From: Ranitomeya imitator
Taxonomy: Eukaryota
DNA: 64,000 nucleotides
Reading direction: 5' to 3'
Assembly: GCF_032444005.1 (NCBI RefSeq)
Contig: NC_091288.1
Coordinates: 223,820,001-223,884,000 of the forward strand
A program made the translations under genes and the position numbers. Each line of letters begins with the position of its first letter. The first letter of the stretch is position 1. Under the pieces are notes generated by a model that saw only the letters and a program-made list of their open reading frames with translations, was not told where the DNA came from and made no database searches. This document shows positions 61,437-64,000 of this stretch, piece after piece.

Positions 61437-61945
61437 CACACTCTACAGACCCTTACTCTACAGACCCCCACTCTACAGAGGAGATCTTCACTCTACAGAG
61501 GAGATCCCCACTCAACAGAAGAGACCCTCACTCAACAGAGGAGATCCTCACTCAACAGTAGAGACCCTCACTCAACAGAGGAGATCCTCACTCTACAATG
61601 GAGAACCTCACTCAACAGAGGAGATCCTCACTCAACAGAGGAGATCCTCACTCTACAGTGGAGAACCTCACTCAACAGAGGAGATCCCCACTCAACAGAG
61701 AAGACCCTCACTTAACAGAGGAGATTCTCACTCTACATTGGAGACCCTCACTCAACAGAGGAGATCCTCACTGTACATTGGAGACCCTCACTCAACAGAG
61801 GAGATCCCCACTCAACAGAGAAGACCTTCACTTAACAGAGGAGATTCTCACTCTACAGTGGAGATCCTCACTCAACAGAGGAGATCCCCACTCAACAGAG
61901 AAGACCCTCACTCTGCAGATGAGACCCTCACTCTAGAGAGGAGAA
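61437..61945. repeat. 20-bp minisatellite (ctcaacagaggagatcctca), about 25 copies
   Basis: Seen directly. Confidence 0.93.
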
Positions 61946-63159
61946 TATCACTAATTTTCAATTGATTGTAGTCCTACAGATTCTTCCATCATTTTACAGT
62001 GCAGACCATCTCTCTCGTCAGTGCAGACCATCTCTTCAAACAACTGACAATTTCTTTACTTATTAATCTTTGGTCCTACAGATGATACAGATATTATACA
62101 TCATTCTACACACAAATCCACCACACAATGGAGGAGACCATCATGCTACAGCGGAGACCGTAGTCTCCATAGTCAATATATGACTTTGACTGGATCACTT
62201 CCACGTTCAGCCAGCACCTATCTAACTTGAGTGCACACAATTTTCTCTATAACAGTGGAGACCATGGCTTTACAAGTATCTGTGGTCTTACAGAATATAC
62301 CTTAATTCTATAACGAAGACCATCAGTCTTTAGAGGAGACCATTGCTTTGCTGGAAGACCTTGTTCTACATATTATTGTGTCATTCTACAGCCAAGACCA
62401 TAAGTGTATGGAACAAAGACCATCTCTTTACAGAGGACATCATTGCTTTACACGTCAGCTTGTTGTTCTCTAGATTATTCCATTACTCTATAGAGGAGAC
62501 AACTTTAGACCTTTTGTCTACAGGTGAGACATCTTCTCTATAGTTCTCACCATTCACTATTATCAGTTGTCTGCTTGTAACCCCCAAAAGACCCCAGTCC
62601 TTATCGTCTTCATTACATGTACCTGTGTAGCCCGGTTTCTGTGCATCTGTAGAGACTTCAGAGCTCTGATCTTTGATCTCGTTGTACCAGGAAGAAAGCG
62701 TAGAAACGGCTGCAATCATGGTGTAGGGTGTGGTGTGTGAGATTATTGCTGGAAGGTCGCAGTTTCTGTTTTATTGGACTCTATGCAAATTTGGTCTTTT
62801 GCCAACCATAACCGACTGAAGAAGGAAATGTAGTGAGATAGACATAGCAGTGTGAACCTGCCCAAAAGACTGACGGCAGAGACCAAGCCTGGACTCAGAA
62901 GATTCCCACATATTGTTATATCCACAGACAGAATCAATGACAGAATGTGAATAGAACCATAAAAGTGGAGGTGAGAGCTGACTAATACAGGAAGGCCCCC
63001 GGCCATGTCAGAGTCAACCTGATGAAGTCACAATTATATAATGTAGTCACTATAGATGAAACATAGCAGCTCCAGCCCAGTAGAGGCTAAGACGGGTGAA
63101 ATCCTGAAAACTCTGAAAATAATATATATCCACAATGTATTTGTGCTGGTGACTATGAT

Positions 63160-63800
63160 GAGACAAGGAGTGTAAAAGATGGCAGATGTTGTGTGACCAA
63201 CGATATAAGGACTAAAGAGACCCGACGACAATGTTCCGCAGTGAATAAACTGCACCACGCAATGACCACCGACCAACTGACCTAACGAGGAGTCTCGGAG
63301 TCCCGGTGTGCAGGTGTCAGATGTTGGCAGATTTCAAGCAATGGTTGTGCTGGTGAGTGGTCCAAAATCCTCAGTTATACAATGGCTGATAATTCGAGCC
63401 GGACATAATAAATTTGGAAAAGCATCTACCGATAGCAACTCCACCACCGTACACCAGACTACTACCCACGATTATTGGTGGTGATCTGTCAGCAAGTGGC
63501 ACTTAGGAAAAAAATTGGGATAAACGTGAATTTATTGAATAACTGAAGAGCGTGTTAAAAAGAAATGTGGTTTTATTCAACGAGCTTCAAAGTACTGAGA
63601 CTTCTTCATCAGGAGATACCACAAACGGCATGTTACACTTGAAGACCGGCACTCCGAGACCCTTCATCAGGTCGGTTGATCAGTCGTTTCATTGCGTGGT
63701 GAAGTTTATTAACTGCAGGACATCGGCATCTGCTGTCCTTATTCCCTATATCATTGGTAACACAGCAGCTGCGATCTGTTATTATACTCCTTGTTATTAG
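63160..63800. mobile_element. Two diverged, inverted Penelope-like pLTR remnants
   Basis: 63160-63320 (+) aligns with the reverse complement of 63640-63800 (aataaac.caccacgcaatga, tctcggagt.ccgg). The minus copy carries two CTGATGAAG motifs (63612-63604 and 63670-63662). Confidence 0.5.
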
Positions 63801-63885
63801 AACTGAGCACATTTTTCAAAATTCAGTTCCAATTACGATCGGCGGTGAATTCCTTCAGTTTAGATGTTTTCCCTAACCCTAAGGT

Positions 63886-64000
63886 GAACCTCCATCTCAG
63901 TCTCAAAACACTGACAGACTGAAACAGGTTTTGCTCAAGAATATCAATGTATTTCCCACCATCCATCTTCTCCTTGACTCGGCGGACCATTTTCCCTGTC
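63886..64000 (-). mobile_element. Tc1 transposase fragment running off the window edge
   Basis: Minus strand reads KEKMDGGKYIDILEQNLFQSVSVLRLRWRFT. Confidence 0.75.

Noticed and set aside
62600-62730. Candidate upstream exon (MIAAVSTLSSWYNEIKDQ..., donor CAG|GTACAT at 62623/62622)
   Set aside because: Its open frame ends in phase 1 but the 60721 acceptor needs phase 2 to join the TIR frame; it could be a 5'UTR exon but cannot be supported.

Overview
Repeat-rich vertebrate genomic DNA; the transposon repertoire suggests an anuran (frog) genome, which is an inference. There are no prokaryotic features, no CRISPR array and no rRNA or tRNA genes. Host genes, all on the minus strand: two intact single-coding-exon class II olfactory receptor paralogs (4949-5887 and 21877-22818) inside an old tandem duplication, and one multi-exon gene that I assembled by hand from splice signals (10 coding exons, 60702 to 44971, about 298 aa). 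That gene encodes an N-terminal TIR-like alpha/beta domain with a Glu at the position expected for a TIR NADase catalytic residue, a Ser/Thr/Pro/Arg-rich linker built from small phase-1 exons, and a C-terminal tail anchor. I do not recognise it as a named gene, and it is the best candidate for an undescribed system here. The rest is a layered record of mobile DNA: a decayed L2 LINE with a 2A-like motif; two near-full-length chromodomain Ty3/Gypsy elements and a related solo LTR, showing a Tf1-type self-priming signature and 6-bp target duplications; Penelope-like elements carrying hammerhead ribozymes; nested Tc1 elements; Harbinger- and T2-type MITEs; and about ten unrelated tandem-repeat arrays. 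Two arrays can be traced to single-copy progenitors retained in the paralogous OR intron. There is one assembly gap (42386-42588). All alignments were done by eye; no searches were run.
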